Shown piece after piece: positions 9,981-20,009 of a stretch of 64,000 bases of DNA. The stretch is taken from positions 64,001 to 128,000 of the IMG/VR virus record IMGVR_UViG_3300014203_000012. The stretch is one strand, 5' to 3'. How positions within the stretch are numbered: position 1 is the first letter of the stretch; each line of letters opens with the position of its first letter. Both the position numbers and the translations under genes were made by a program. The notes under the pieces were generated by a model that was given only the letters and a program-made list of their open reading frames with translations, was not told where the DNA came from and searched no databases. This DNA comes from a virus (lineage: Duplodnaviria; Caudoviricetes).

Positions 9981-10628
9981 TCATTCTCCCCCTATTTTTG
10001 CTAATGTTATTCCTACATATGGATCTACAGTACGTATCTTATTAGAACCTGAAACGACTAATATAATTTTCTTTGGCAAACCAGTAGCAATATCAATATT
10101 ATGCATATAATTTGATAAGAAGATATATTTTCCGCCCATATTCTTATATCGTAGTACGTCATCCACATATTTTAAAAATAAACAATCATAGTTAGACATA
10201 TCGGTTTCATCTATTAAAACCGTAATTGAACTATCCAGTTTATTAATATATTGTTTTTGCAATTGATTTTTACAACTAATATTGCAGTTAATAATCCCAT
10301 CTGATGATTGCAACGTCTTGATAAACTTTAAGATATCATTAGGCTTGGAATGGGTTAAAACTTCTTCCATATAATTCTTCTCTATATCTTTTAGCATATC
10401 ATCCGCACTACCAAGATATTCTTCTTTAAGTAATATTGTAATAGGATTGTTATCAACTCTAGCCAATAATAAATTCTTTTTTACATTCTCACTACTGGCA
10501 TTGACCACGTACTGATTGAAATAAACTGATTTTTTATACTTATCAATCATATAGTTTATAATACCAAGTTCAATATCGACTACAGTTTCAAACGTTAATA
10601 GATTAGAGTAAGAGTACGTTGCATCCAT
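9981..10628 (-). CDS. hypothetical protein (possible degenerate HAD-like fold)
   Basis: 215 aa ORF in ssb-chaperonin operon. Confidence 0.7.
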   Translation of the reverse strand: MDATYSYSNLLTFETVVDIELGIINYMIDKYKKSVYFNQYVVNASSENVKKNLLLARVDNNPITILLKEEYLGSADDMLKDIEKNYMEEVLTHSKPNDILKFIKTLQSSDGIINCNISCKNQLQKQYINKLDSSITVLIDETDMSNYDCLFLKYVDDVLRYKNMGGKYIFLSNYMHNIDIATGLPKKIILVVSGSNKIRTVDPYVGITLAKIGGE

Positions 10629-10656
10629 TTGCGCATCCCCCTTTAATTTAAAAGTA

Positions 10657-10683
10657 TGGACGTATCTGTTTAAGATACGTCCA
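10657..10683 (-). terminator. hairpin
   Basis: tggacgtatct..agatacgtcca. Confidence 0.7.
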
Positions 10684-10694
10684 CATATTTTCCA

Positions 10695-11474
10695 TTAATC
10701 TTCTGAGTCGTTCATAATTGAGTCAATAGTATTTGTTTTACTATTATTACTAGCTCCTGATTTGTTAGCGAAATAACTAGAACCGCCACTCTTAGCAGCT
10801 TTTTGGCTATATAACTCAACACCAACACCAGATGCGATTTTATTTAAAGATTCATCAATACGATTCTGTGACCATGACATATTATCAACAACACTGAATG
10901 CCACAGCTCCAGTCATTGCATTGTAATAACTTTCAAGCATTGTGATAAATTGTAATAACTCAAGATTTTTAAACGAATCATAATCACTTGAAAACTCTCC
11001 TGTTTTTTCATCAAACTTTTCAATAGCGCAATGATAGTTACGTTTGAATTCATATGCATATGAACTTTCTACCTGTCCAGCTTCATTAATTTTGCGAATA
11101 ACAATGCATGGAGCAGATTTACCGAATTCCTCACCAGTTGAAATTGTGATTAGACCCTGACCTGCATTTGTACCACGCTGGTTGAAGGTCTTGGGTGATT
11201 TTAAGAATCCTTTAAGAGTTTCAGCAAAAATACGAGCTTTAGAATGATTCAAATAGATTAATGCTGCACCTTTACGGTCCCAACTAGGATTTTCACTTTT
11301 ATCATTTTCAATTCTAGGGGCTATAGCAATTTTAAGTGTGCCTTTCCACATTGAGAATGATAGATTTGTTACATCAATTTCACTTTCTGTATTACTCATT
11401 GAATATCCATAAACTGATGGACGATATACCTCTTTTTCGTTATTATTATTATAAGTATTTTGCCCTAATGCCAT
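10695..11474 (-). CDS. putative single-stranded DNA-binding protein
   Basis: 259 aa, beta-rich core, flexible S/G/N tail ending acidic (DSED), replication context. Confidence 0.45.
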   Translation of the reverse strand: MALGQNTYNNNNEKEVYRPSVYGYSMSNTESEIDVTNLSFSMWKGTLKIAIAPRIENDKSENPSWDRKGAALIYLNHSKARIFAETLKGFLKSPKTFNQRGTNAGQGLITISTGEEFGKSAPCIVIRKINEAGQVESSYAYEFKRNYHCAIEKFDEKTGEFSSDYDSFKNLELLQFITMLESYYNAMTGAVAFSVVDNMSWSQNRIDESLNKIASGVGVELYSQKAAKSGGSSYFANKSGASNNSKTNTIDSIMNDSED

Positions 11475-11541
11475 TATGACATCCCCCTTTTTATATTTTA
11501 TTTATATTGATTATAGAAATGTATGCGTCTGAATCAAAAGC

Positions 11542-11575
11542 TATATGGAGCATAGCCTCAGCTATGCTCCATATA
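11542..11575 (-). terminator. terminator hairpin
   Basis: tatatggagcatagc..gctatgctccatata. Confidence 0.8.
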
Positions 11576-11577
11576 AG

Positions 11578-12735
11578 TTAATTATCAAAGCCATAATTTA
11601 CGTAAAGGCGAGTCTTATTTTGATAGATTTTATTTTTGGAGATAGTGCCGCGAAGAACATTGTATTTATTATATAAGTCAGCCCATCTTTTATAAGTTAC
11701 CTTATCCATTTCTTCAGAAGATAGATAATCGTCAATTACTGACATACGAGAATTAATTTGATGAAGCAGTAATACTGCATCTTCTTGAGTTTCCATATTA
11801 TTCACATTAAACTCAATTTCAAAATAATCATCATCATATTTAGAAATACCATTAATCTTCATCTGTTTTGCATTACGCTTAAATACCTGAATGATATCAT
11901 CGACAAAACTTTCTGTTAATAAAACATCATCATCGATTCTTTCTAATCGGCGAATGATATTGGTAAACTCTTTACGTTCAAGAACTGACGCGGTAATTTC
12001 AATACCTCTAGTCAGAGAATGTATCGCTGCAATACGATTACTTAGAACGTCTTTATATAACCGCATTACCCAAGATAATACAACAATCTTATTATCGATG
12101 GAATGATTTACATTATATCCATTGCTTGCTATTTTACTCATTGCACTAGTTAGAAGATCAGAATTACCACAATCAATATCAAACTGATCTATGATCTTAT
12201 CTTCCTCTGCTTCAAATATAGAAGTTACTTTTCTTAAAGCGTCTCTAATACCGTATGAAAGAATTTCTATATAATGAATAGATTCGGTTAGTTTAATAGT
12301 TTCATTACGTTGCAGAAGATAATCATCAATATTATTTTTTACAATTTCCATAGGATTGGCATCGGTAATTAAATGACCAACTTCATGCATGATAATAGCT
12401 GCAATTTCACTATAACTTAAAGCCATCGCCTCGTCAAATAGTTTAGAGTCTAGTTCAAGATAATACTCAGTAATCATATATTTATCATCATTTTGAACTA
12501 TTCCAATAATGCTTTTTGCAGGTATGATAGGCATAACACATACACCGAAAAACATTTTATCAGTATTTTCGGTATATATTACTTGCTTACACCCTCCAGA
12601 TCCAAATAATCTATTTATTGAATCTCTAACTTCAATAAAAGTATATGAATCTTTCTTTGCGATAAGAGTTCGTATTGCTGCCTGGAAATCAAGAATATCA
12701 TTTTCTAATTTTTCACTAAGAGCCATTAATTGCAC
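11578..12735 (-). CDS. virion head-associated protein with HExxH motif
   Basis: MHEVGH; immediately downstream of capsid gene. Confidence 0.6.
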   Translation of the reverse strand: MQLMALSEKLENDILDFQAAIRTLIAKKDSYTFIEVRDSINRLFGSGGCKQVIYTENTDKMFFGVCVMPIIPAKSIIGIVQNDDKYMITEYYLELDSKLFDEAMALSYSEIAAIIMHEVGHLITDANPMEIVKNNIDDYLLQRNETIKLTESIHYIEILSYGIRDALRKVTSIFEAEEDKIIDQFDIDCGNSDLLTSAMSKIASNGYNVNHSIDNKIVVLSWVMRLYKDVLSNRIAAIHSLTRGIEITASVLERKEFTNIIRRLERIDDDVLLTESFVDDIIQVFKRNAKQMKINGISKYDDDYFEIEFNVNNMETQEDAVLLLHQINSRMSVIDDYLSSEEMDKVTYKRWADLYNKYNVLRGTISKNKIYQNKTRLYVNYGFDN

Positions 12736-12753
12736 CTCCTATTTAAATATAAA

Positions 12754-12790
12754 AGATATAGACCTACAGATATACTGTAGGTCTATATCT
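12754..12790 (-). terminator. terminator after major capsid gene
   Basis: agatatagacctacag..ctgtaggtctatatct. Confidence 0.85.
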
Positions 12791-12797
12791 ATTTTAA

Positions 12798-14606
12798 TTA
12801 TACGTGTGGATAAGTTACACCGTTTGCAGTGTAATCATTTGCAGCATTAACACCAATTGGATCTGGGTTAGTGATATCTTCCCGAAGACCAGTTGGGTTC
12901 ATGATTTGGATACGCCCTTGTACAGCTTGATACTGTAAGAACATCCAGCGTTCGAAGCAAGTAATACCAGGAAGCTGGTAATTAACTGTGTCACGAATTT
13001 CATTGGAAATATACATTTGATAATCAATGATTTTGTACATAATCCTTTGAGTATTACGTGGGCAGAGAATTACAATCAGATTGTTATTATCGCGCATCTT
13101 CTGACTGGAGATGAATTGATAGATACGTTTCTCGCCAGTAACAATGGTCTTTTTGTAGTCAAGCTCAATAGGACCAATGCTTGATGGAGTAGAATAAGTA
13201 TATTCGCGAGGAGTGATTTTCTTAATCAATTCAGGACGACCGAATACTGTAATTGACATGTTCTCATCATTCAAGACTTGTAGCATGTACGTTACTTGAG
13301 TATCAAGATAATCCATGAAAGTTTCTTGTCTCCATGATACATGGGAAGCCATGTAAGAACCTTGAGGAGGCACGAAGTCAAATGCTCCAGCAACCTTTTG
13401 ATTTGAAGGTAAGCCCAAGAATGATTTGTCCAATTCATCATGAATTGTATCATCTTTGTAATGCATTAATGCCAAACGCATCTGGCTCATAATTTTTGTG
13501 ATTTGATTTACATTATAAAGTGCAGTAACATCTTTTACTTCTTCAGGGGACACAGTCGTAGTGATATGTGGAGCCTCTGGAATTTCAAACATGTCTGTAC
13601 GTGCACTCCATTTAGTACGGCAAGTCTTGAATGCAGCAGATGATACATCAACTACAGCATGAAGTCTTACAGCCTTTACGTCAGCTGCATTCATACAAGT
13701 AATCATGAATTTATTTTTCTTCATGTAACCGCTGATGATACCCTTAACTGTTTTGTTGGTGGTAGCGTCAGTTTTTGCAATAACTGTAAATGAAGCCATG
13801 ATAGAACGATCAAATTCGCCATAAGATGGAACGAATTTCATTTCGCCTACATTGAATAATACTGGTTTAACACCGGCTGTTTCAGCAGGAATTATTGCTT
13901 TAGTGGTTGTATCATAATAGCTTGCGCCGATAGCAACATAACTATCAACAAGAATTCCAGTAATACAAGTCTTAATACTTAACGCAGCATCAACAGAATT
14001 GACTCCGAATTCAGTGCTAAGAATATCAAGAGTTTCGTTTTCTGGAAGAGTAATAATAAGATCTTTTGAAGGTACGCTATTTTTGATAGCATCCTTAATC
14101 TTATATTGCTCCAAATACATATCGATCTCTTCGCCGTCTGGAGTGACAAGTGTACGAGTTTCCATAGTCAAAGTGAACTTAGGAGAACGGGCAACGTCCT
14201 TAGGCATTGATTGATCGAACACCGCATTCATCAATAAATTTTTATGCATTGGAAAAGTGATACCAATCATTGGATTGAACGCTCCAAGTGAAGCGGACTC
14301 CATTACACCTTTACGGTCATTGGTATATAATTCAGACATATCTTCTTCGAGTTGTGCAACGTCTTCGATGTCTTGATACCGAGGATCGGCAGGATCATAG
14401 GATTCCTTAAGGAAAAGTTTTCTCATTTCATCATTTGTGGAATTCTTTTGGAAAAACTGGGATGGAGCATCATATACACTAATCCCCGATTCCGTAACAC
14501 AACTTTTTGCAAGATCAAGGAACTGTTCTGCTAATTTATGCATTGGGTCTTTTCTATAACCTCTGGATGTAGCCAAAGGATTTTCGCGCGTACCTACAGC
14601 TGGCAT
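12798..14606 (-). CDS. major capsid protein precursor
   Basis: 602 aa, strong RBS, late promoter, probable propeptide ending VME|S, high-expression codon usage, jumbo-phage MCP-like C-terminus (QAVQGRIQI). Confidence 0.75.
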   Translation of the reverse strand: MPAVGTRENPLATSRGYRKDPMHKLAEQFLDLAKSCVTESGISVYDAPSQFFQKNSTNDEMRKLFLKESYDPADPRYQDIEDVAQLEEDMSELYTNDRKGVMESASLGAFNPMIGITFPMHKNLLMNAVFDQSMPKDVARSPKFTLTMETRTLVTPDGEEIDMYLEQYKIKDAIKNSVPSKDLIITLPENETLDILSTEFGVNSVDAALSIKTCITGILVDSYVAIGASYYDTTTKAIIPAETAGVKPVLFNVGEMKFVPSYGEFDRSIMASFTVIAKTDATTNKTVKGIISGYMKKNKFMITCMNAADVKAVRLHAVVDVSSAAFKTCRTKWSARTDMFEIPEAPHITTTVSPEEVKDVTALYNVNQITKIMSQMRLALMHYKDDTIHDELDKSFLGLPSNQKVAGAFDFVPPQGSYMASHVSWRQETFMDYLDTQVTYMLQVLNDENMSITVFGRPELIKKITPREYTYSTPSSIGPIELDYKKTIVTGEKRIYQFISSQKMRDNNNLIVILCPRNTQRIMYKIIDYQMYISNEIRDTVNYQLPGITCFERWMFLQYQAVQGRIQIMNPTGLREDITNPDPIGVNAANDYTANGVTYPHV

Positions 14607-14675
14607 AATTTATTTCCTCCTTAATGAAAATTATTATTTAACTTATTATATTTAACCTAATCAGGTTTAAATATT

Positions 14676-14687
14676 TACTATATTGTT
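14676..14687 (-). promoter_or_regulatory. late promoter AACA-N6-TA with 5' leader hairpin
   Basis: AACA ATATAG TA; AACCT-GATT-AGGTT hairpin follows. Confidence 0.75.
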
Positions 14688-14716
14688 GTATTTGGCAAAT
14701 ACTATTCAATTAAAAA

Positions 14717-15727
14717 TTATTTCTTGTTTTTACCCAATTCCTCCATAATATTGGTAAGGGTAGCGAAGATTGCCATATGCCTTTGAAGTATTATTTGATT
14801 CTCCACGTAGCTTCTAGTGTCATATGACTGAATAAGAGAGTCTCTTACTAGGTCCTTTAACTCCAAAAGCTTGCGTGTAACAAATTCGATGGGTCTGATA
14901 TTGTCTTCGATTCTATTTACTTTAGAGAGACGATCTATCACTTTTTCTACATTTCCATAGAGAGTAACAAACTGAGTTTTCAAATCGGTTTGTTTAATAG
15001 CTATCTGTTCTGGAGACATATCAGAGAATAAATCCGTTTCTAATTGTTTTATTTCGTCATCGGTCATACTTCCGGCAGAAGCATCATCCCCATCAGTTGC
15101 GTCGGTTCCATCGCCAGTTGCATCGTCGTCTTCGGGGGAGTCGGAAGTATAATCTGGAGATGAGCCATCATCATCTTCTGCTCCATCACCAGCAGCATCT
15201 GCATCGTCTCCAGTATCTGCCCCATCGGTTGCCCCATTATTAGTATCTGCTGCGGCTGGAGCTGTGTCAGCGGTCGTATCAGTATCATCATTTGCTTCTG
15301 GAGCGTCTGCAGTATAATCTGGCGTGGCATCGTCGTCTTCAGTTGATGTATCATCTGTTCCAGTATCAGGTGTTGTATCTTCTGGTGTGGCGCCGTCATC
15401 TGGAACGTCGTCGGTATCATCTGGTTTGTCTGCAGTATAATCTGGCGTGTCATCACCATCGTCCGGTGGAGTATTATCGTCGGATGCTGTTGCAGTTGGC
15501 TCTGTATCTTCAGGATCTGGGTTATCATCTGTGTAATTTGGAGCTGGATCATTATCCACAGTATCCACCGCAGCAGGTGGCGTTTCAACATCGTCTGCAG
15601 GCTTGGTATCTTCAGGATCTGGTTTGTCCGCAGTATAATCAGTTGCATTCTTTTTATCATCATCGTCATCTAATGATTTTCCATTAGCGATAATTTCTTC
15701 ATTTAATATAAACCTATTAAAATCCAT
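14717..15727 (-). CDS. acidic low-complexity head protein, possible scaffold
   Basis: D/T/A/P-rich with repeated PDYTAD units, helical C-terminal domain, directly upstream of MCP. Confidence 0.6.
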   Translation of the reverse strand: MDFNRFILNEEIIANGKSLDDDDDKKNATDYTADKPDPEDTKPADDVETPPAAVDTVDNDPAPNYTDDNPDPEDTEPTATASDDNTPPDDGDDTPDYTADKPDDTDDVPDDGATPEDTTPDTGTDDTSTEDDDATPDYTADAPEANDDTDTTADTAPAAADTNNGATDGADTGDDADAAGDGAEDDDGSSPDYTSDSPEDDDATGDGTDATDGDDASAGSMTDDEIKQLETDLFSDMSPEQIAIKQTDLKTQFVTLYGNVEKVIDRLSKVNRIEDNIRPIEFVTRKLLELKDLVRDSLIQSYDTRSYVENQIILQRHMAIFATLTNIMEELGKNKK

Positions 15728-15743
15728 GTTGTATTCCTCCCCT

Positions 15744-18011
15744 CTAGTCGTTATTATCTTCTTTACTACCTAATGATTTAACGTTTTTGTCATTCCACTC
15801 GACTTTAATCTTATATCTTAGTCTTGAATCTTGAGCTTGCAATTTTTTCTTAATAAGAAGAAGTTCTCTAATACGTTTCATATCTTTCTTATCTTCAGCC
15901 ATTGTAATATATTTATCTATCATAACAAGTTCAACTTCTAATTCATCTAATACTAATTGGCGCTCTTTTGTTCTTATCTTAGAATTCATAGCAAACCTAC
16001 CAAGTAGCATAATAAGAGCAACCGCTGGATGTATCAACCAAGCGACACCTGCAGTAGTTATAGCCATTTTAATAACCTTAGAAGCAGATGGTAAAATATC
16101 GCCACGAATAACAGCCTCTCTATTTTCCATAGTCATAGCTTTTTCAATACTTCTTGAAACCATAGTACATGCAGAATCTATACCTCTAGACATAATCTTT
16201 TCTTTATCTGAAAGATTGCTCACAACATTAGCTAGTTTTTGAGTAACTAGTTTGAGATTACTGGTAATGCTTAATTCATTTATACACTTTACGTATAAAT
16301 TTATAGATTCGGTGTAACTGTAAAGATCATTCAATCCTGCAAATAATCCCTCATCATCGTCTGCTAAAATATTATCACCAAGATCAATTCCTTTTAAGTC
16401 GATGGAGTTAAGTTTAGAAATGCTTTCAGCATAACAATTAATCTTATTATAATTAATAAGATCTTTAGAAGCCATCTTATCTGCAAACTCTAATGCTTCT
16501 ACAAATTTATCTCTATTTAACATATCTGGATATTTGACACAGAATTCTGTAAGGAAATCTACATCTTCAAGTTGCATATTAAGAATAGTTTCGCTGGCAA
16601 ATAGAGTATTCTCATTAGCGATTTGATCCCATTTAATTGAAGCGATCGCAGATTCTATAACAACTATATCAGTTGCTATACTTTTAGTTTCTTCGTCGAA
16701 GTTCATATTAAAATCAAATTCATCATTTTTATTAGAATACCCAGAAGGTCTGCTATCCCAGCTTTTCTTTTCATCGTCACCACGAAGACCATCAGAATGA
16801 CTCTCTAAACTATCAATACTTTTATCTAATTGTTTTAGATACTCTTCAAGTCTAGCTTTTTTCTTTTCATCCTTACATTTATCTATCTTCCTAGCGACAG
16901 AATCTCTGTTCTTATACCATACTTTAATAACGTCGTTCATGTATTTACGCTCAGCTATAAAGTTTATAGTTTTTGCAACAACTGCTGCAAATATACCAGC
17001 ATACACTCCAACCGATATACCTCCAACTATACACAAAAAATAAAAAGCTATTGATAGAAGGTTCTTAGTCCCATCTACTATATTATTATCCTTATTAACT
17101 ACAAGAATATTAATAAGTAATTGTCTAAAAACTTCTGGACTTTTTGAAGGGATCATCTTGAACTTATCTATCATTTCTTTAGTTCTGTCTTTGATAGAAG
17201 CTTCCAATATAGAATCAAATGTTTCTTCATTAACTGGTTCTGTTGTTGATTTATGTAGTTGGTCGATGTAACATGCATCTTCATTAGTAAAGAATCTATT
17301 CTGTTTAACAGTTTCTCCTAGAATGCATAATAACTCTTTAGATGAATCTTCTCGGTTCATATGAGTATTAAGAAAATAATCAGTTACAGTTTCCACTATT
17401 GTTTCGGATGTAGCTTTAACGTTATTCTTAGAAAAAGTAAATAGTACTTCTTCTAGTGCTACGCTATATTTAGAATTTACGCCCATTTTATAAGTATCTA
17501 CAAAAGAGCAAAGTTCGTAGATAGTATCAACGATACTATCACCATATGCGTGTTCTCTTACATAAGAATCAATATTAAATCTTTTGGAAATCATAATATG
17601 ATTCTTAATCATCCTATCACAATGAGTAGATTCTTCTATCCTACTTAAAATCGAATATAAGCAAGACTTTTTACCTTTAGTTGCTTCTTTAATTTTAGTA
17701 ATAATACTTGGTTTAAGCAATGCTGGTTCGTCTAATGAAAAAATAATATTTTCATTAATTCTATTGGCAATCATATCAAGGTGCTGAGACGTTCCTTTTT
17801 TCGAAACGATATCAACTAGTTCTAAAACCTTATTTAGTGATTTTCCAATATCTTCTGAATATGCTGCCCACCGTTCTACAGACTCCCTTATATTCTCAAA
17901 ATTATAATTTTCTTTATAAGATTGATATAAAGGGTACGGTATAGATCCCCTAAATGGTTTTGTTCGGCGATAACGTTTAGTCAAATCTAATGTAGAAATG
18001 CATTGCTTCAT
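15744..18011 (-). CDS. large virion (head) protein
   Basis: 755 aa; AACT-N6-TA promoter at 18039-18050; multiple hydrophobic-x-E sites. Confidence 0.6.
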   Translation of the reverse strand: MKQCISTLDLTKRYRRTKPFRGSIPYPLYQSYKENYNFENIRESVERWAAYSEDIGKSLNKVLELVDIVSKKGTSQHLDMIANRINENIIFSLDEPALLKPSIITKIKEATKGKKSCLYSILSRIEESTHCDRMIKNHIMISKRFNIDSYVREHAYGDSIVDTIYELCSFVDTYKMGVNSKYSVALEEVLFTFSKNNVKATSETIVETVTDYFLNTHMNREDSSKELLCILGETVKQNRFFTNEDACYIDQLHKSTTEPVNEETFDSILEASIKDRTKEMIDKFKMIPSKSPEVFRQLLINILVVNKDNNIVDGTKNLLSIAFYFLCIVGGISVGVYAGIFAAVVAKTINFIAERKYMNDVIKVWYKNRDSVARKIDKCKDEKKKARLEEYLKQLDKSIDSLESHSDGLRGDDEKKSWDSRPSGYSNKNDEFDFNMNFDEETKSIATDIVVIESAIASIKWDQIANENTLFASETILNMQLEDVDFLTEFCVKYPDMLNRDKFVEALEFADKMASKDLINYNKINCYAESISKLNSIDLKGIDLGDNILADDDEGLFAGLNDLYSYTESINLYVKCINELSITSNLKLVTQKLANVVSNLSDKEKIMSRGIDSACTMVSRSIEKAMTMENREAVIRGDILPSASKVIKMAITTAGVAWLIHPAVALIMLLGRFAMNSKIRTKERQLVLDELEVELVMIDKYITMAEDKKDMKRIRELLLIKKKLQAQDSRLRYKIKVEWNDKNVKSLGSKEDNND

Positions 18012-18089
18012 TATACGATCCTCTCCTTTTAATTCGTTTAATATAAAGTTTGATGTTTCTTTATTGCATTAGGTACAATACAAAAAATA

Positions 18090-18113
18090 AAGGCATCTCA
18101 TATGAGATGCCTT
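18090..18113 (-). terminator. perfect palindrome terminator
   Basis: aaggcatctcatatgagatgcctt. Confidence 0.8.
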
Positions 18114-18120
18114 ATATTAA

Positions 18121-18288
18121 TTATGCGTATCGCTTATAAATTTCTTCATACTCGCTTGTAACTTCTTTAAATCCAAGAGTTTCAAGTAATTCGCAAAGAA
18201 TCCCATCAGCTTCTAGATGATTATCTTCTGGTTCTTCACCATTTGTTTGTAACTCTTTTAATTTAACAATAGCTTCTTCTTTTGTCAT
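18121..18288 (-). CDS. small phage protein (55 aa, not in ORF track)
   Basis: RBS AAGGAG; MTKEEAIVKLKELQ...HLEADGILCELL...KRYA. Confidence 0.75.
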   Translation of the reverse strand: MTKEEAIVKLKELQTNGEEPEDNHLEADGILCELLETLGFKEVTSEYEEIYKRYA

Positions 18289-18293
18289 TATAA

Positions 18294-19349
18294 TTACTCC
18301 TTATTTTTTACAAATTTTATATTCTCACCCAAACCTTTAGTTCTAATAGCTTCAGGTTCTGGATATCCTCCAGAATTTTTAAATTTATCAGATAATATTT
18401 TTTGGGTGCGATCCTTCTCTTCTTGGGTCGTATTTTCAGTTCTTGCTCTTATTTCATCACCAGAATCGTTTTCGAACGGGATCTCAGTCGTGGATATTTC
18501 ATTGCCTTCTTTATCTACAACTTTAAGCCCAAATGGAGCAGTACCATTTACAATACTATACCAATGTGATAATAGGCATTTAGTAATAGGGCCATTACAA
18601 TATTCTATTTGAAGTTTGGCTTCGTACTGTAGCCATTTCCACGCATCTTCTTTAAGTTCAAGGAAACGATTACAATCTTTAGATACCCAATCTGGATCTA
18701 AAAGTTCTTTCAATATAATATCACTTATGCTTGAAAGAATACAGGGGTTTGGGACACATTGATCGAATGCTCGTGATATGCGTAACCCATCTAATCCATC
18801 TGGATTTGGCCCTTTATACTTTTTTAATTTTGTGGATTTGTGTAGGTTTGTTTGTACAGGTTTATCATCTTTATCTACAACTTTAAGACCAAACGGAACA
18901 ACTCCATTAACAATAGATCGCATATGTGTCGCGACATCATCACTCATCATACCAGGATTGTCTAGTTCTTTTACAGCTTCTTTTTTCAACCAATTCCAAG
19001 TATCCTCGCTGATAGTATTAAACCTGGATTCGTATTGAGGGTATAGAAGATCACTAAACTTAATTATCTTAGCAGGTCCCGTTAATCCATTCCAATTTTT
19101 AATAAATTCCCATCCAATATAACCAGCTTGAAATCCAGTAATACCACCTTGTTTAGAATTATCCATAGCAGTTGCAGCACCAATCGCAGCTGCAGTTAAA
19201 GCGTGACAAATCGTTCCGTAATCATGCGAATATCCATTTGCCAATTTATCACAAAATTCTGGTAAGGTTTCAAGTGTTTGAATCTTTGCTTCGACATACC
19301 ATTTTTCTTGAACATTGTCTTCTTCCTTAATATCAATTTTTTCAGTCAT
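18294..19349 (-). CDS. hypothetical early protein with internal duplication (likely start 19349)
   Basis: RBS AGGAGG before MTEKID; SIVNGxxPFGLKVVDK occurs twice. Confidence 0.75.
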   Translation of the reverse strand: MTEKIDIKEEDNVQEKWYVEAKIQTLETLPEFCDKLANGYSHDYGTICHALTAAAIGAATAMDNSKQGGITGFQAGYIGWEFIKNWNGLTGPAKIIKFSDLLYPQYESRFNTISEDTWNWLKKEAVKELDNPGMMSDDVATHMRSIVNGVVPFGLKVVDKDDKPVQTNLHKSTKLKKYKGPNPDGLDGLRISRAFDQCVPNPCILSSISDIILKELLDPDWVSKDCNRFLELKEDAWKWLQYEAKLQIEYCNGPITKCLLSHWYSIVNGTAPFGLKVVDKEGNEISTTEIPFENDSGDEIRARTENTTQEEKDRTQKILSDKFKNSGGYPEPEAIRTKGLGENIKFVKNKE

Positions 19350-19374
19350 ATTAATTCCTCCTAATATTTTTATT

Positions 19375-19767
19375 TTATAGACTAATATTAAAATCTTTGA
19401 TATTTTTTCCATCAGATCTATGTGATCTAGGAATTTTATCATTTTTATGAAATTCAAGAAGTTTTATTATAAATGACGCATCTTTACCTTTATATTTACT
19501 ATCATATGGACAAACCTGTTTTACTACAATTTCTCGATCTGTAATACTAATTTCCGCACCTATGTATATGTGAGAAAATCCAGATTGTTTATATAAAATA
19601 TCTATACCTCTTATAGTTGTTTTATAAATAGTACCGATAACTACTTCCCATATAATACGGATAGTAGGCTCGTTTTGGCATAGACTTGGTAGCCCTTCAA
19701 AATTTTTCAATACTTTAACGGTATCCTCTAAATTCTCATCGGTTAAAATAATAGTTCTGTTTTCCAT
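19375..19767 (-). CDS. hypothetical early protein (likely start 19767)
   Basis: RBS GGGGGA before MENRT. Confidence 0.7.
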   Translation of the reverse strand: MENRTIILTDENLEDTVKVLKNFEGLPSLCQNEPTIRIIWEVVIGTIYKTTIRGIDILYKQSGFSHIYIGAEISITDREIVVKQVCPYDSKYKGKDASFIIKLLEFHKNDKIPRSHRSDGKNIKDFNISL

Positions 19768-19786
19768 AATAATTCCCCCTAATATT

Positions 19787-19912
19787 TTATAAATTTTCAT
19801 TCCAATTTTCAAGAGCTTCTAATTGTGCAATAGTAAATGAATCTTTATTGCTGTCACTCAAACATACTTGGATCATTAATTTAATAAGAACTTTTTCTTC
19901 TTCGGTATACAT
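19787..19912 (-). CDS. small early protein (41 aa, not in ORF track)
   Basis: RBS AAGGAGG, first ORF after early promoter; MYTEEEKVLIKLMIQVC... Confidence 0.65.
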   Translation of the reverse strand: MYTEEEKVLIKLMIQVCLSDSNKDSFTIAQLEALENWNENL

Positions 19913-19975
19913 TATATATTTCCTCCTTAAGATGCAATTATATTATTGCTCATCTTTATAATATATAACTCAAAG
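19910..19975 (-). repeat. early promoter + RBS cassette, copy 1 (near-identical to 58966-59030)
   Basis: cattatatat(t)tcctccttaagatgcaatt.tattattgctcatct.tataatatataactcaaa. Confidence 0.85.
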
Positions 19976-19980
19976 AAGAT

Positions 19981-20005
19981 TACGGTATAACTTAGTTATA
20001 CCGTA
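19981..20005 (-). terminator. terminator hairpin (ACGGTATA family)
   Basis: tacggtataac..gttataccgta. Confidence 0.8.
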
Positions 20006-20009
20006 TATA

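Noticed and set aside
15064-15687. Long alternative-frame ORFs (201 aa minus, 131 aa plus)
   Set aside because: By-products of low-complexity, relatively GC-rich codons in the acidic protein; no RBS or promoter.
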